Assembly: GCA_964533405.1 (NCBI GenBank)
Contig: CAZHKB010000001.1
Coordinates: 1 to 43,763 of the forward strand
From: an uncultured Phycisphaeraceae bacterium
Lineage (GTDB): Bacteria > Planctomycetota > Phycisphaerae > Phycisphaerales > UBA1924
Length of the DNA stretch: 43,763 bases
Direction: 5' to 3'
Positions within the stretch are counted from its first letter, which is position 1. Every line of letters begins with the position of its first letter. Under the pieces are notes generated by a model. It was not told where the DNA came from. It saw nothing but the letters and a program-made list of their open reading frames with translations, and searched no databases. Of this stretch, positions 19,762 to 29,333 are shown one piece after another. Made by a program: the position numbers and the translations under genes.

Positions 19762-20580
19762 ATGCACACACTGTTCTCCGGCGTGATCTCCACACCTCTG
19801 TGGCTGCTGGCGCAGATCGAGGAAGCCACGGGCGCCGACGCGGGTGATGCCGCCGCTCGCCCCCGCACACTCTGGACCTACGTCCAGGAGGGCGGGGCGA
19901 TCTCGTACATCATGATCCTGCTGTCCGTCGTGGCGCTGGGTGTGGTCATCCGCAACCTCATCATGCTGCGATTGTCTCGTCTGGCCCCGCGCGGCATCGT
20001 GTCGCGGCTAGAGGAGCTGCTGGCCGCCCGCAATCTGGGCGGCGCGATCGCGTTCTGCCGCGAGCCGGAGTACGCCTGCTTCATCACGAGCGTCATGGAC
20101 TCGGCCATCACGCGGGCCGCCCGGTCGGACTTTGGCATGATGGAGTTCCGGGCGGGCGTCGAGGAGGCGGCCCAGGGCGAGGCCGACGAACTCCACCGCA
20201 TGAACGACATGATCGGCGTCATCGCCGCGGTTGGCCCCATGCTCGGGCTGCTGGGCACCACGTTGGGCATGATCGGCGCGTTCCGCACCATCGGCTCGCT
20301 CGAGGGCGCCGCACGCTCGAACGAACTGGCCACCTTCATGTCGATGGCCCTGGTGAACACGGCCCAGGGGCTCATCGTCGCCATCCCCTGCACGGTCGCG
20401 TTCAGCCTCTTCCGCCGCCATGTTGACGCGATGCTCAAGCGAATCACCAACGACCTCGAGCAGTTGATCGCGGCCGCCTCCGGGCCCGAGCAGCGCGCCG
20501 GCGGGGCGCGCCCGGTGGCGCAGGGCGGCGGCGCGGGCCTTGGAGCGACCGGCGCCGTGCGGGCGGTGCGCCCGACGTGA
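19762..20580 (+). CDS. exbB: MotA/TolQ/ExbB proton-channel family protein
   Basis: Motifs GPMLGLLGTTLGMIGAF and ALVNTAQGLIVAIPCTVAF are present. The start is ATG 19762. Confidence 0.85.
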   Translation: MHTLFSGVISTPLWLLAQIEEATGADAGDAAARPRTLWTYVQEGGAISYIMILLSVVALGVVIRNLIMLRLSRLAPRGIVSRLEELLAARNLGGAIAFCREPEYACFITSVMDSAITRAARSDFGMMEFRAGVEEAAQGEADELHRMNDMIGVIAAVGPMLGLLGTTLGMIGAFRTIGSLEGAARSNELATFMSMALVNTAQGLIVAIPCTVAFSLFRRHVDAMLKRITNDLEQLIAAASGPEQRAGGARPVAQGGGAGLGATGAVRAVRPT

Positions 20581-21059
20581 ACCTCAACCGCCACCACCGC
20601 CAGAAGGAAGCATCTTTCGACCTCACGCCGATGGTCGACGTGATCTTTCTGCTCATCATCTTCTTCACGCTCACCTCGCAGTTCTCCAGCACGCAGCGCA
20701 CGCCCATGGACCTGCCGCGCGAGGAGGGCGAGCCCGACGCGCCCAGGCAGACCACGCAGCTGGTCATTGACCTCGATCAGCACGGCGGGGTCTCGTTGCT
20801 GGGCCAGTCTTACGACCTGGCGACGCTGGGCACCGTGCTGGCCGGTCGGCAGTTCGCGGTCGAGGGCCAGACCGCCCCCGCCGGCAACAGCTCGGGTGGC
20901 GGCTCGGGCGATCCGTCAGTCGAGCAGCCCGTCGACGTGGTCATCCGGGCCGACCGCCGCTGCTCGACGGCCAACCTCAACGCGCTCGCGCAGGTGCTCC
21001 TGCGCGTGGGTGTGAGGCGATGGAGTCTGGCGACCAGTAGCGATGGGGGTGGCGCATGA
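20577..21059 (+). CDS. exbD: biopolymer transport protein ExbD/TolR
   Basis: The GTG start overlaps the exbB stop (GTGA). The motif is SFDLTPMVDVIFLLIIFF. Confidence 0.8.
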   Translation: MNLNRHHRQKEASFDLTPMVDVIFLLIIFFTLTSQFSSTQRTPMDLPREEGEPDAPRQTTQLVIDLDQHGGVSLLGQSYDLATLGTVLAGRQFAVEGQTAPAGNSSGGGSGDPSVEQPVDVVIRADRRCSTANLNALAQVLLRVGVRRWSLATSSDGGGA

Positions 21060-21084
21060 CCGCTTGCCGCGCGCGCTGCGGGAC

Positions 21085-21170
21085 GTGCCCGCGATCGTGG
21101 CTTTGCACGCTCGGTGCTCCCCCGGTCAATCCGCAGCGCGCCGATCGCTCAGGGCAGCGATCGGGGGCAC
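21085..21170 (+). repeat. 86-bp double-hairpin palindromic element, copy A (degenerate)
   Basis: GTGCCCGCGATCGTGGCTTTGCACGCTCGGTGC...CGATCGCTCAGGGCAGCGATCGGGGGCAC. It lies between exbD1 and exbD2. Confidence 0.7.
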
Positions 21171-21183
21171 GGGGAGGGTTCCC

Positions 21184-21603
21184 ATGCGCCTGACCCGCCG
21201 CGAATCCGCACGCTTCGAGCTCGAGAAGGCCCGCCTGCCGCTGGTGGCCTTCATCGACGTGATCCTGTTCCTGCTGTTCTACTTCATCATCGCGGGCAAT
21301 ATCGCGGCCGAGGAGGCCACGCTCTCGACCACGCTGGGCACAGCCCAGGGGCGATCGACCTCGCTGCTGCAATCGCAGACTCTCACGATCCAGATCGAGG
21401 GCGGGCTCGCGGTCTATCGCATGGGCGACCGCGAGATGCGGGACCGGGCGGGTCTGGCCTCGGTGCTGGACCGCCTGCCGCGCGAGGCGGGGATCATTGT
21501 CAAGCCCGAGCCAGACGTGCCGGTCGAGGCGATCGCGATGGCGGTGCAGGTCGCCAAAGACGCGGGATTCACGCGGATCAGTTACGTCGTGGGCGGCAGT
21601 TGA
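21184..21603 (+). CDS. exbD: biopolymer transport protein ExbD/TolR (second copy)
   Basis: ORF 21043..21603, but its 5' part reads through the palindromic repeat. ATG 21184 gives MRLTRRESARFELEKARLPLVAFIDVILFLLFYF. Confidence 0.75.
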   Translation: MRLTRRESARFELEKARLPLVAFIDVILFLLFYFIIAGNIAAEEATLSTTLGTAQGRSTSLLQSQTLTIQIEGGLAVYRMGDREMRDRAGLASVLDRLPREAGIIVKPEPDVPVEAIAMAVQVAKDAGFTRISYVVGGS

Positions 21604-21625
21604 ACCAAGCCGCCTGAGAAGGGTG

Positions 21626-21653
21626 GCATGGTTCCGGCTCGGCGGAGCCATGC
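21626..21653. terminator. stem-loop between convergent exbD2 and the TolC-like gene
   Basis: GCATGGTTCCG-gctcgg-CGGAGCCATGC forms an 11-bp stem with one G-U-type mismatch. Confidence 0.3.
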
Positions 21654-21742
21654 ACGACCAACCCCACGCAAAGATCATCTGCGGACCCACCCGCGCATCG
21701 GTCCACTCACATGCCTGCTCGCAGCAGCACGCAGGCAGCCCG

Positions 21743-23764
21743 TCAGCCACCGCCGGGCGCGGGCTGGATCGGCAGCATCGCCGGCGCGGGCTGCGGGACG
21801 GCTGGCTCGGTCGCCACGGGCTCACTCACCGCGGGCTGGGTCGGCGCGGGCGCGTCAGGCGACGCTGCCCCCGCTTGGTCGCTGCCCGATTCGCTCCAAC
21901 TCTGCGAGTGCCGTGCCCACCAGTCCTTGGCGTAGTCCGAGGTCTCGCCCGGCAGATAAGGCCAGTGCGGCGACTCATCCACGCCCGGGACCACGAACTT
22001 GATGCGGTTGCGCTCCAGGGCCGTCCCCTGGGCCGCGTACCACTCGGCGATCGAGATGTTGTACGACACCAGCGTGGCGATCTCGTCGCGCTCGGAGTTG
22101 GCCAGCGCCTCCTGCCGCCCGAGTTCCAGGTCGAGCCGCTCGGGTGAGACGTCTGTGATGAGTTCGCTCTGAAGCCTCAGCGAGCGGAGCACCTCGCTGG
22201 CCGCGATCCGCGCCAGGCGGGTGCGGATGATGAGCTGGTAGTTGGTGCCGACGTTGTCGAGCGCGGTCTTCACCTCGCTGGTGACCGCCTGGATCGTGTT
22301 CTGGTACGAGATGACCGCCTGGCTGCGCTCGAGCCGCCGGCGCCGCAGCACGGCCTCCGCGTCGCGATTGCCCAGCGGCTGCTCGTAGAAGAACCCGATC
22401 ACCCACGACCCGAAGTCGCCCTCGGCCACCCGCTCGTAGGCCTGGCGGGTCGTGTCTTCCAGCCCATTGAGCCTCGCCTGCAGGCGCAGGTCCAGCTGCG
22501 GACGCCGCTGGTTGTTGGCCACCAGCTGCCTGACGCCGGTATCGTCGATCGAGAGGACCGACTGCGCGACCTCGGGCCGGCGCTCGATGGCGGTGAACAA
22601 AGCCTCGCCCAGGTTGTAGGTGATCGCCTCATCGACCGGCCTGTCCACCGGCAGGATCAGGATCTCGGACCCGGTCGGGATCGCCGGGTCGTTCATCAGC
22701 GTCTTGAGGCGGTCGCTGGTCCGCCGCAGCGTGTTCTGGGCGCGGATCACGTTGGCCTGACGCTCAATGACGCGGGCCCGAGCGTTGGCGATGTTCGCCG
22801 GATTCACCCCGAAGTCCCGCGCCTCCATCTTCCGCGAGATCTCCTCGCCGCGATCGACCAGCCGCTGCAGGATCATCACGTCGTGGTACGCCTGCCACAG
22901 CTGCCAGTATGTCGCCTCCACGTCCCGGGTCAGCTGCAGGAGTTGCCGCTCGAGCAGCGCGATCTGGTTGCGCTCGGCGTTCCGCGCCAGCCGCAGCGGC
23001 GCGAGCGCCACATCGGACCCGAAGTCACGCATCAGCGGCTGGTCATACTGGAACGACCAGTTCAGGCTCGTGTTCTGAGAGCCGCGAGCGATCGTGCCGT
23101 TCTGCCGCACCCGCGTGTACGAGATGTCCTGCTGGATGCTGAACGCCGCGCCATTGCCCAACTGCCGCCGAAGCCCCGCCCGCGAGTTGACGATCTCCCG
23201 CGCGCTACGGCTGATCGTCGCCGTGCCGCTCAGGTTCTGGTCGTCCAGCCACGACCGCTCGATGTTCGCAAACAGCACCCAGTCGAACGCGGCCTCGGCC
23301 TGTGTGATCTGGGCCTGCGCCACCGCCGGTCCCAGTGCCGCGAACTGCAGCTCCAGGTTGTTCGCCACCGCCGACCGCATCGCCCGCTCCAGCGACACCC
23401 GGGCCGTCCTGGGATCCTGCCCCAGCAAGTTCAGGCCAAGCGGCAGAACTCCCGCCTGGCTCGGGTCATAGGAGTCAGGCCCGCCCATCCGGGCCAGTTC
23501 TTCCGGGAAGTACTTGTCGGGCGGAATCCGCAGGTCCGCGATCGAACCGGCCCGCTGGGTCACCAGCGGGTCGGGCTGCGTCTGGGCGTCGGCCAGTTCG
23601 CGCCGAACGGCATCCACGACCGCACGCCGGAGCGCGTTCTCGGGTTCCTGGTTGATGGGCGTCGTGCAGCCGCCCGCCGCCAGAACCAGGGCCAGCGCCC
23701 CCGCGCCTGACCACCGGCTCCGCCACTCCCGCCGGGCAGCCCGGGGTTGGCTGGCGAACTTCAT
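21743..23764 (-). CDS. TolC-family outer membrane channel lipoprotein with Pro/Ala-rich C-terminal extension
   Basis: ORF 21743..23911. ATG 23764 gives a signal peptide with the lipobox LAAGGC. Coiled-coil/beta repeats typical of outer-membrane efflux proteins are present. The last ~70 aa are a Pro/Ala-rich tail. Confidence 0.7.
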   Translation of the reverse strand: MKFASQPRAARREWRSRWSGAGALALVLAAGGCTTPINQEPENALRRAVVDAVRRELADAQTQPDPLVTQRAGSIADLRIPPDKYFPEELARMGGPDSYDPSQAGVLPLGLNLLGQDPRTARVSLERAMRSAVANNLELQFAALGPAVAQAQITQAEAAFDWVLFANIERSWLDDQNLSGTATISRSAREIVNSRAGLRRQLGNGAAFSIQQDISYTRVRQNGTIARGSQNTSLNWSFQYDQPLMRDFGSDVALAPLRLARNAERNQIALLERQLLQLTRDVEATYWQLWQAYHDVMILQRLVDRGEEISRKMEARDFGVNPANIANARARVIERQANVIRAQNTLRRTSDRLKTLMNDPAIPTGSEILILPVDRPVDEAITYNLGEALFTAIERRPEVAQSVLSIDDTGVRQLVANNQRRPQLDLRLQARLNGLEDTTRQAYERVAEGDFGSWVIGFFYEQPLGNRDAEAVLRRRRLERSQAVISYQNTIQAVTSEVKTALDNVGTNYQLIIRTRLARIAASEVLRSLRLQSELITDVSPERLDLELGRQEALANSERDEIATLVSYNISIAEWYAAQGTALERNRIKFVVPGVDESPHWPYLPGETSDYAKDWWARHSQSWSESGSDQAGAASPDAPAPTQPAVSEPVATEPAVPQPAPAMLPIQPAPGGG

Positions 23765-24207
23765 GCCCCCAGGACGATTGGCCCGAATCACTGGCCGCAT
23801 CGAGAAACTCCTGCGGTCGGGCTCGGCGTGGTCAAGGTGACGCGCCGGCCTTGTCGGTTGCGGGGAAGAACTGTGGGATTCGTGTGCATTTGAGCGTCGG
23901 AGGCTTGGCAAGGGCTAAACTCCGCCGCTTCGACGCTCCGTGTCGGCCCTTGCGGGCGCGGCTGGAGGTCCACCGGGGTTCCGGCGGACCAAGGCGACTC
24001 CGGATGAGACGCCCCAGTTCACGCGCTCCATCGTGTGCCCGCCTCGCCTGGGTTCAGCCTGTCATCAGGTCTGTGCTCAGAAAGTCGGGACGCATCATAC
24101 CCGCCGAGTTGCACGCCGGTCACATAGACCCCCATGCAAACCGGCGACGGACTTGATGACGATGGCAAGGGCGGTGGACGGCACGGGCGACAAGAAGGAG
24201 CATGCTC

Positions 24208-25695
24208 ATGAAGGACCGTGCCATGAACCTTCGCACCAACCTGCGTCGCTCCATCACCGCTCTGGCCGCCACTGCCGGCCTCGCAGGTGGCGGAGCACCC
24301 TGGCTCGCGCCGGCGGCCCTTATCGCCGTCCTCGCCAGCCCTTCACTCGCTCAGGAGCGGATCCAGGCCGTCGAGCCCTTCTTCATCGTCGTGACCCAGG
24401 ATCAGGCTCCGCTGCTCGCGGGCCAGGTTGAGACCCACTACCGCGTCGCCCTGCTGCCCGTCGGACAGATCGTCCGCGTCGACCACACCGTCGACGGCTG
24501 GGTCCTGTGCAACTACCCCGCCAACGCCACCGCCTTTGTCCGCGCCACCGAGGTCACTCCCTCGCCTGATGGCCGCACCGTCCGCACCAACGTCCCCACC
24601 CGCCTCCGGGCCGCCAATCTCGAGTCCAACAGCGCGGCCTCCTGGGCCACGCTGCTGGCCGACCCCATGTCTCCCTTGCCCGCGGGCACCGAACTCCGCG
24701 TGGTCAATGTCGAGAACCGCCCCGACGGCACCCCCGGCTTCTTTCGCGTCGCCGCCCCGTCCCAGGCCCGTGGGTTCCTGAAGGCGGGCCTGTTCCGCAA
24801 TGCCACCCCGCAGGAAACCCAGGACTACCTGAACCGCGTCGCGATGGGCACCCAGGGCTCGGAAGCCCCGGGGTCGGACCCCGCGGCGCCGACGACCACC
24901 CCCAGGCCGGCGACCAACACCCCCACCACGCCCCCAGCACCCGCGTCCAACACCAACACGCCGGCGACCGCGCCCACCAACTCGAGCGCGACACCCTCGG
25001 ACCCTGGCGTCAACTCCTCGCTGCTCTCCGAACCTGTCGTCCCCGCGCCGGGCGATCGCATTGCCGATCCCGCGCCGTTGGTCATCGACCAGAGCGGCAC
25101 CATCACCGGCGGCGCCTCGCCCGATGCCGTGCCGCCCTCCACCGACCCCGTCGTGCTGACGGTGGACGGGCTGGAGGCCGCGTTCCGCGAGGTGCTAAAG
25201 CAGCCGATCCGCGAGTCGGAGGTCGAGGAGCTCATCGCCCGCTTCGAGCAGGTCATGAACTCCCTTGGCGAGTCGCCCGAGGACCAGCGCCTCAAGGGCG
25301 CGCTCCGCCAGCGGGCCGAAGTCCTCCGCCTGCGCCGCGACTACCGCGACAGCCTGGTCGCCCTCGACACGGGCCAGAGCGAGGCCAAGGCCATCGCGCT
25401 GCGCGCCTCCGAACGCATCGACTGGCTCCGCACCCAGGGCGGCTACGCCGTCATCGGACGCCTCGTCCCCTCCACCATCTACGACGGCTCATCAGGCCCG
25501 CTGATGTACCGCGTGGTCGCGGTCAACACCGACGTGCCGCGCACGCTCGCGTACGTCCGCATGGACGACGAGTTCACGCTGCCGCAACTCATCGGCAAGG
25601 TGATCGGCGTCCGCGGCCAGGTGACCATCGAGCCCTCGATCGGCACCCGAATCGTCCAGGCCGAGTCCGTCGACGCGATCGACGTGGGCAACTGA
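24208..25695 (+). CDS. secreted or anchored hypothetical protein (SH3-like N-terminal repeats, Pro/Thr-rich linker, coiled coil, C-terminal beta domain)
   Basis: ORF starts at 24202. ATG 24208 lies 7 nt after GGAG. An N-terminal hydrophobic segment and the low-complexity linker PTTTPRPATNTPTTPPAPASNTNTP are present. Confidence 0.6.
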   Translation: MKDRAMNLRTNLRRSITALAATAGLAGGGAPWLAPAALIAVLASPSLAQERIQAVEPFFIVVTQDQAPLLAGQVETHYRVALLPVGQIVRVDHTVDGWVLCNYPANATAFVRATEVTPSPDGRTVRTNVPTRLRAANLESNSAASWATLLADPMSPLPAGTELRVVNVENRPDGTPGFFRVAAPSQARGFLKAGLFRNATPQETQDYLNRVAMGTQGSEAPGSDPAAPTTTPRPATNTPTTPPAPASNTNTPATAPTNSSATPSDPGVNSSLLSEPVVPAPGDRIADPAPLVIDQSGTITGGASPDAVPPSTDPVVLTVDGLEAAFREVLKQPIRESEVEELIARFEQVMNSLGESPEDQRLKGALRQRAEVLRLRRDYRDSLVALDTGQSEAKAIALRASERIDWLRTQGGYAVIGRLVPSTIYDGSSGPLMYRVVAVNTDVPRTLAYVRMDDEFTLPQLIGKVIGVRGQVTIEPSIGTRIVQAESVDAIDVGN

Positions 25696-25898
25696 ACACA
25701 GCCGCGTGCTTGAGCACGCGAGGTATTCGGTGGCCACAGTTCTCCCGCGATCCCTTCGGACGCGGAGCGTGGTCGTTTCATGCGCCAGCCGCCTTGGCGA
25801 GCCCGCACCCGCGGCTCTGGTCTCAAAGGCTTCCCCCCTCAACTCCGTGAAACTCCTGTGGGCTCGCACGCCGCGAGACCGACCAGAAGCAGGACGCC

Positions 25899-26545
25899 AT
25901 GGAACCGGACCAGATCGAACCCAAACTGAAGCGAGCCACGCGACGTCTCGCGCTGCGACGCTTCGTCCTCGGACGCACCCACCGCGCCACCGCAGACGCC
26001 TACTACAAGGCCGGAATCCTCTACGACCAGCACGGGGACAACGACAAGGCCGCCCGCTGCCTTCACGCCGCCGAACGCATCCACCGCAAACGCCCGGGCC
26101 ACCCCGCGGTCGCCCTTGATCTCTACGCAATCGGCCTGTACCAGGCCCAGTCGGGCGAGCGACGCCGGGCCGTCCAGTCGCTCGAACGAGCCCAGAAGAT
26201 CCTCGCGGCCCGCCTGACCGCCGACCCCGCCGCCCGCTCCCCCGAGCCCGAGGGCCCCTCGCTCCGCCTGCGGCTGGGGAATGTGCTCTCCGCCATGGCC
26301 GACGTGCTTCGCGAACTCGACATCCGCGGGCGGGCCCGCACCTGCGGCGAACAGGCCTTGGCCATCATCATGCAGGAACTAGCCGCAGATTCCCCCAGTC
26401 CTGCGACGCTGCCCGCGACCTCTCCCGCATCGGCGTCGATCCGCTCGCCCTGGGGTCCGAGAACTGGGCGGAGAACCCGCAGCGACCGCGCTGGCCCACG
26501 CCTATCGCCACGCCCACGGCAGCGAGCCCGTCCCCGAGCCGATGA
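25899..26545 (+). CDS. TPR-like protein, 3' third apparently frameshifted (possible pseudogene or sequencing indel)
   Basis: The N-terminal ~165 aa are TPR-like (YYKAGILYDQHGDNDKAARCL...). After about 26390 the in-frame ORF (which runs to 26828) turns Arg/Pro-rich, and third-position GC favours other frames that end at 26545 or 26550. Confidence 0.4.
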
Positions 26546-26586
26546 CCTGACCGATCGCGCGCTCAGACCGAGCGCCGGTCGGGCCA

Positions 26587-26640
26587 GTGTGGTGGCCGGT
26601 GTGGTGGCCGCAGTGGTGGTCGGTGTGGTGGGAGGTGGCC
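26587..26640 (+). repeat. 12-bp tandem repeat (about 4.5 units)
   Basis: The units are GTGTGGTGGCCG, GTGTGGTGGCCG, CAGTGGTGGTCG, GTGTGGTGGGAG and GTGGCC. The array abuts ATG 26641. Confidence 0.7.
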
Positions 26641-27246
26641 ATGCGACGATCCCGCGCTCTCGGACCTCGCCTCGTGAGCCAGATCCGCCCCTTGGGTGCC
26701 ACGCTCCCGGCGCTGCTCCTGCTCGCCTCCTGCGGCCCATCACCAACTCCCCCCACTCCCGACCCGTTCCAGCCGACCCGCCCGACCAACAAGGGTTCCA
26801 TGGCCGATGCCGTGCGCCAGGCCCATGAACGATCTGCCAATGGCCCGCCCAAACCAGTCCGGCAGATCGTCGCGGTGACCGGGCCGCCCGAAGCGCCGAT
26901 CCAGATGTTCGAGCCCGAGCCGCCGCCCGACGCCGCCACCAGCCGCCAACTCGTCCTCGACTACCTGGCCGCGATGGGCTCACTCCTGAGCGAACTCGAC
27001 GGCATCTCCAGCGGCAGACGCGGAGACTCGCTCGCCTCCGTGGCGGCCAGATCCGACCAGGTCCGCGCCAGCCTCGACCAGCTTGTGAGCATGCCGCCCG
27101 AGTCCCGCCGCGCGATCGACGCCGAACTTGGCGACCAGATCACCCGGGTTCGAGAACGCATGACCGGCCTCGTCGAGTCTCTTGGCCGAGACGACGCCCG
27201 CCGCCCGATCGTCAATCTCGTCGCCGACCTGCGGCTGCTGGATTGA
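26641..27246 (+). CDS. lipoprotein, hypothetical (helical)
   Basis: ORF 26587..27246. ATG 26641 gives MRRSRALG...LLLLASC (lipobox). The upstream Trp-rich codons are a 12-bp tandem repeat, not protein. Confidence 0.6.
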   Translation: MRRSRALGPRLVSQIRPLGATLPALLLLASCGPSPTPPTPDPFQPTRPTNKGSMADAVRQAHERSANGPPKPVRQIVAVTGPPEAPIQMFEPEPPPDAATSRQLVLDYLAAMGSLLSELDGISSGRRGDSLASVAARSDQVRASLDQLVSMPPESRRAIDAELGDQITRVRERMTGLVESLGRDDARRPIVNLVADLRLLD

Positions 27247-27443
27247 GTCGGGATCGCGGGTAGCCAGCGGCCCGCTTGGGCGACGCACACCGCGTTCGCT
27301 GGAAGCACAACGCGCGGCGAGCCTCGCCAGCCTCTCGGCTTCGCGTTCTTCGCGTCGTGCGCGTCGTGCGCATTGAACTCCAACCCGCAGCCACCACCGT
27401 CCCCCACTCGCCGTCCGCGGCACGCCACACGGTCGCGCCCCGC

Positions 27444-29036
27444 TTACGGCGTGCAGCCCGCCGCGTACCGATCCGTGTACTTCAGGAAGTCATCCCCGTT
27501 CCACACCCCCAAAGGCCACACCAGGTCCGCCCGCGGATCCTTCGCCACGTAGAACTCGAGGAACAGGAAGAAATCCTCCGACGTCAGCCGCCCGTCGCGG
27601 TTGAAATCGGCCGGGCAGCCCGTCACCGGATTGCCCGACGGGTTGTTGAACGCCGCCGCCATCGCCACCGCCCGCCCGGCGTCGAGCCGCCCGTGCCCAT
27701 ACTGCGGGTCCCAGCCATCGGGCCCAAGGTCGTCGGTGGTGGCCAGCAGGATCATCCGCGTCTGGGCCGCGCTCAGCCACGGGTTCACGCTCATCACCAT
27801 CGCCGCCACCGCCGCCACATGCGGCACCGCCTGCGATGTGCCCGACTTATACTGATAGGTATTGGGCGCGAACCATTGATGCCAGGTCGAGATGATCTCG
27901 TACCCGGGTGCCACCACGTCAAGTTCCGGCCCGGTCGCGCTGAAGTTCACCAGCACATCCCGGTTGTCCGTCGCCCCCACGCACAGAACCTCGGGGAAAC
28001 GCCCCGGAGCCACGATCGGCGACGAGGGCACATTGCCCGACGACGCCACGATCAGGCACCCCTGGGCCGAGGCGTACTGGATCGCCGAGGTGAGCGCCGC
28101 ATTGGGTGAGTTGAACCCGATCGAGATGCTCAGGATGTCCGCGTCGTGGTCCGCCGCCCACACGATGCCGCTGGCCACCCAGTCCATCCAGATCGAGCCC
28201 GCGGCGTTGCTCACCTTGACCGGCATGATCCGCGCCGTGGGCCACACCCCGGCAACTCCCACCCCGTTGTTCGAAACCGCCCCGATGATCCCCGCCAGAT
28301 GCGTCCCGTGCGATGAGTTCTCGTCGCCCGTAAAACTGGTGTTCAACGCCGTGTTCCAGCCCGGCACAAGCCGCCCGGTCAGGTCCGGGTGGTTCGCCAC
28401 ACCCGAATCCAGCAGCGCCACCACCACGGGCCGACGATTCACGAACCGCGACCACGCTTCCGGCGCATCGATGTCCGCGCCCGCGACGCCGATCTGCCCC
28501 TGCACCGACTGACCCGTGTTCCTCAGCGCGAACTGCGAGCCGAACAGCGGATCGCTGGGGATCGAGAACTCCACCGCATGGTCCGTGAAGAAGCCCGCGG
28601 AGAGCGGCTCGACCACTTCAACCACAGAGACACAGGCCGCCAGCACCGCCAGCATGTCCCCCGCCGCCGAAGGATCCGCGAGAGTCAGCACAAAGTCGCG
28701 GTCCATGCCTAAGGAGGAGGCCAGGTCGGGCAGGGCGGGAGTGACGGTCAGGAACGGTGCGAGATCAGCCGGGCCGCCCGCGTTGAGCGCGCCCTGCACC
28801 GCCATCACATGCGCCGCCGCCGCCGCCGGTGCCTCGACCAGCCACGACCCCGCCACAACTTCGTGCAGCCTGACGCCGGGGCGCACGCGCACCACCAGCC
28901 GCGGGGGCGCGCCCGCCGTCCCGCCCGCCAAGGCCACCAACGCCGCGTGCGGGTTGCCCGCGACATCCGCCCAAACCGGCGCGGCGAGCAGCGCGACCAC
29001 GACCGCGCCCAACGTGAAACTGTGCCGATAGCCCAC
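27444..29036 (-). CDS. subtilisin-like S8 serine protease with divergent GC-ended dockerin/EF-hand module
   Basis: The catalytic triad motifs are DSGVANHPDL, HGTHLAGIIGA and SGTSQAVPHVAA. The probable start is GTG 29036, 6 nt after GGGAGAG; the codons up to 29117 are AT-richer and look non-coding. The C-terminal module is at 27444..27617. Confidence 0.8.
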   Translation of the reverse strand: MGYRHSFTLGAVVVALLAAPVWADVAGNPHAALVALAGGTAGAPPRLVVRVRPGVRLHEVVAGSWLVEAPAAAAAHVMAVQGALNAGGPADLAPFLTVTPALPDLASSLGMDRDFVLTLADPSAAGDMLAVLAACVSVVEVVEPLSAGFFTDHAVEFSIPSDPLFGSQFALRNTGQSVQGQIGVAGADIDAPEAWSRFVNRRPVVVALLDSGVANHPDLTGRLVPGWNTALNTSFTGDENSSHGTHLAGIIGAVSNNGVGVAGVWPTARIMPVKVSNAAGSIWMDWVASGIVWAADHDADILSISIGFNSPNAALTSAIQYASAQGCLIVASSGNVPSSPIVAPGRFPEVLCVGATDNRDVLVNFSATGPELDVVAPGYEIISTWHQWFAPNTYQYKSGTSQAVPHVAAVAAMVMSVNPWLSAAQTRMILLATTDDLGPDGWDPQYGHGRLDAGRAVAMAAAFNNPSGNPVTGCPADFNRDGRLTSEDFFLFLEFYVAKDPRADLVWPLGVWNGDDFLKYTDRYAAGCTP

Positions 29037-29333
29037 GTGCGTCTCTCCCGCCAAGGAGCGTGTCCGCTCCAAAGATGAAAGTACTGTAACACAATCGTTC
29101 TGGGACGCAATGCCCAACCCTCATGGTGGACCAGACTTCACGCGACGGTCGGGTATGAGTTGCCTGGCGATTCCGACCGACTCACCCGGCCAAGGCCGTA
29201 CCTGACATCAACAGGACGCGCGAGATGCACTGTTATCGGACTTTTGGTACACCAACTTTTTTCCAATCCATCCTCGTCCGAGAGCAGGACTGGGCACTCT
29301 GCAAACTGTTTTCCGGAATTACCGGTCCATGCC

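Noticed and set aside
24208-25695. Whether this protein (N-terminal hydrophobic segment, Pro/Thr-rich spacer, C-terminal domain) is the missing TonB for exbBD.
   Set aside because: The C-terminal ~90 aa show none of the TonB C-domain hallmarks I can recognise, and the N-terminus looks like a cleavable signal. This cannot be excluded without a profile search.
26587-26640. The Trp-rich peptide MWWPVWWPQWWSVWW as a real N-terminus.
   Set aside because: It is the translation of a 12-bp tandem DNA repeat. A standard lipoprotein signal begins at ATG 26641.
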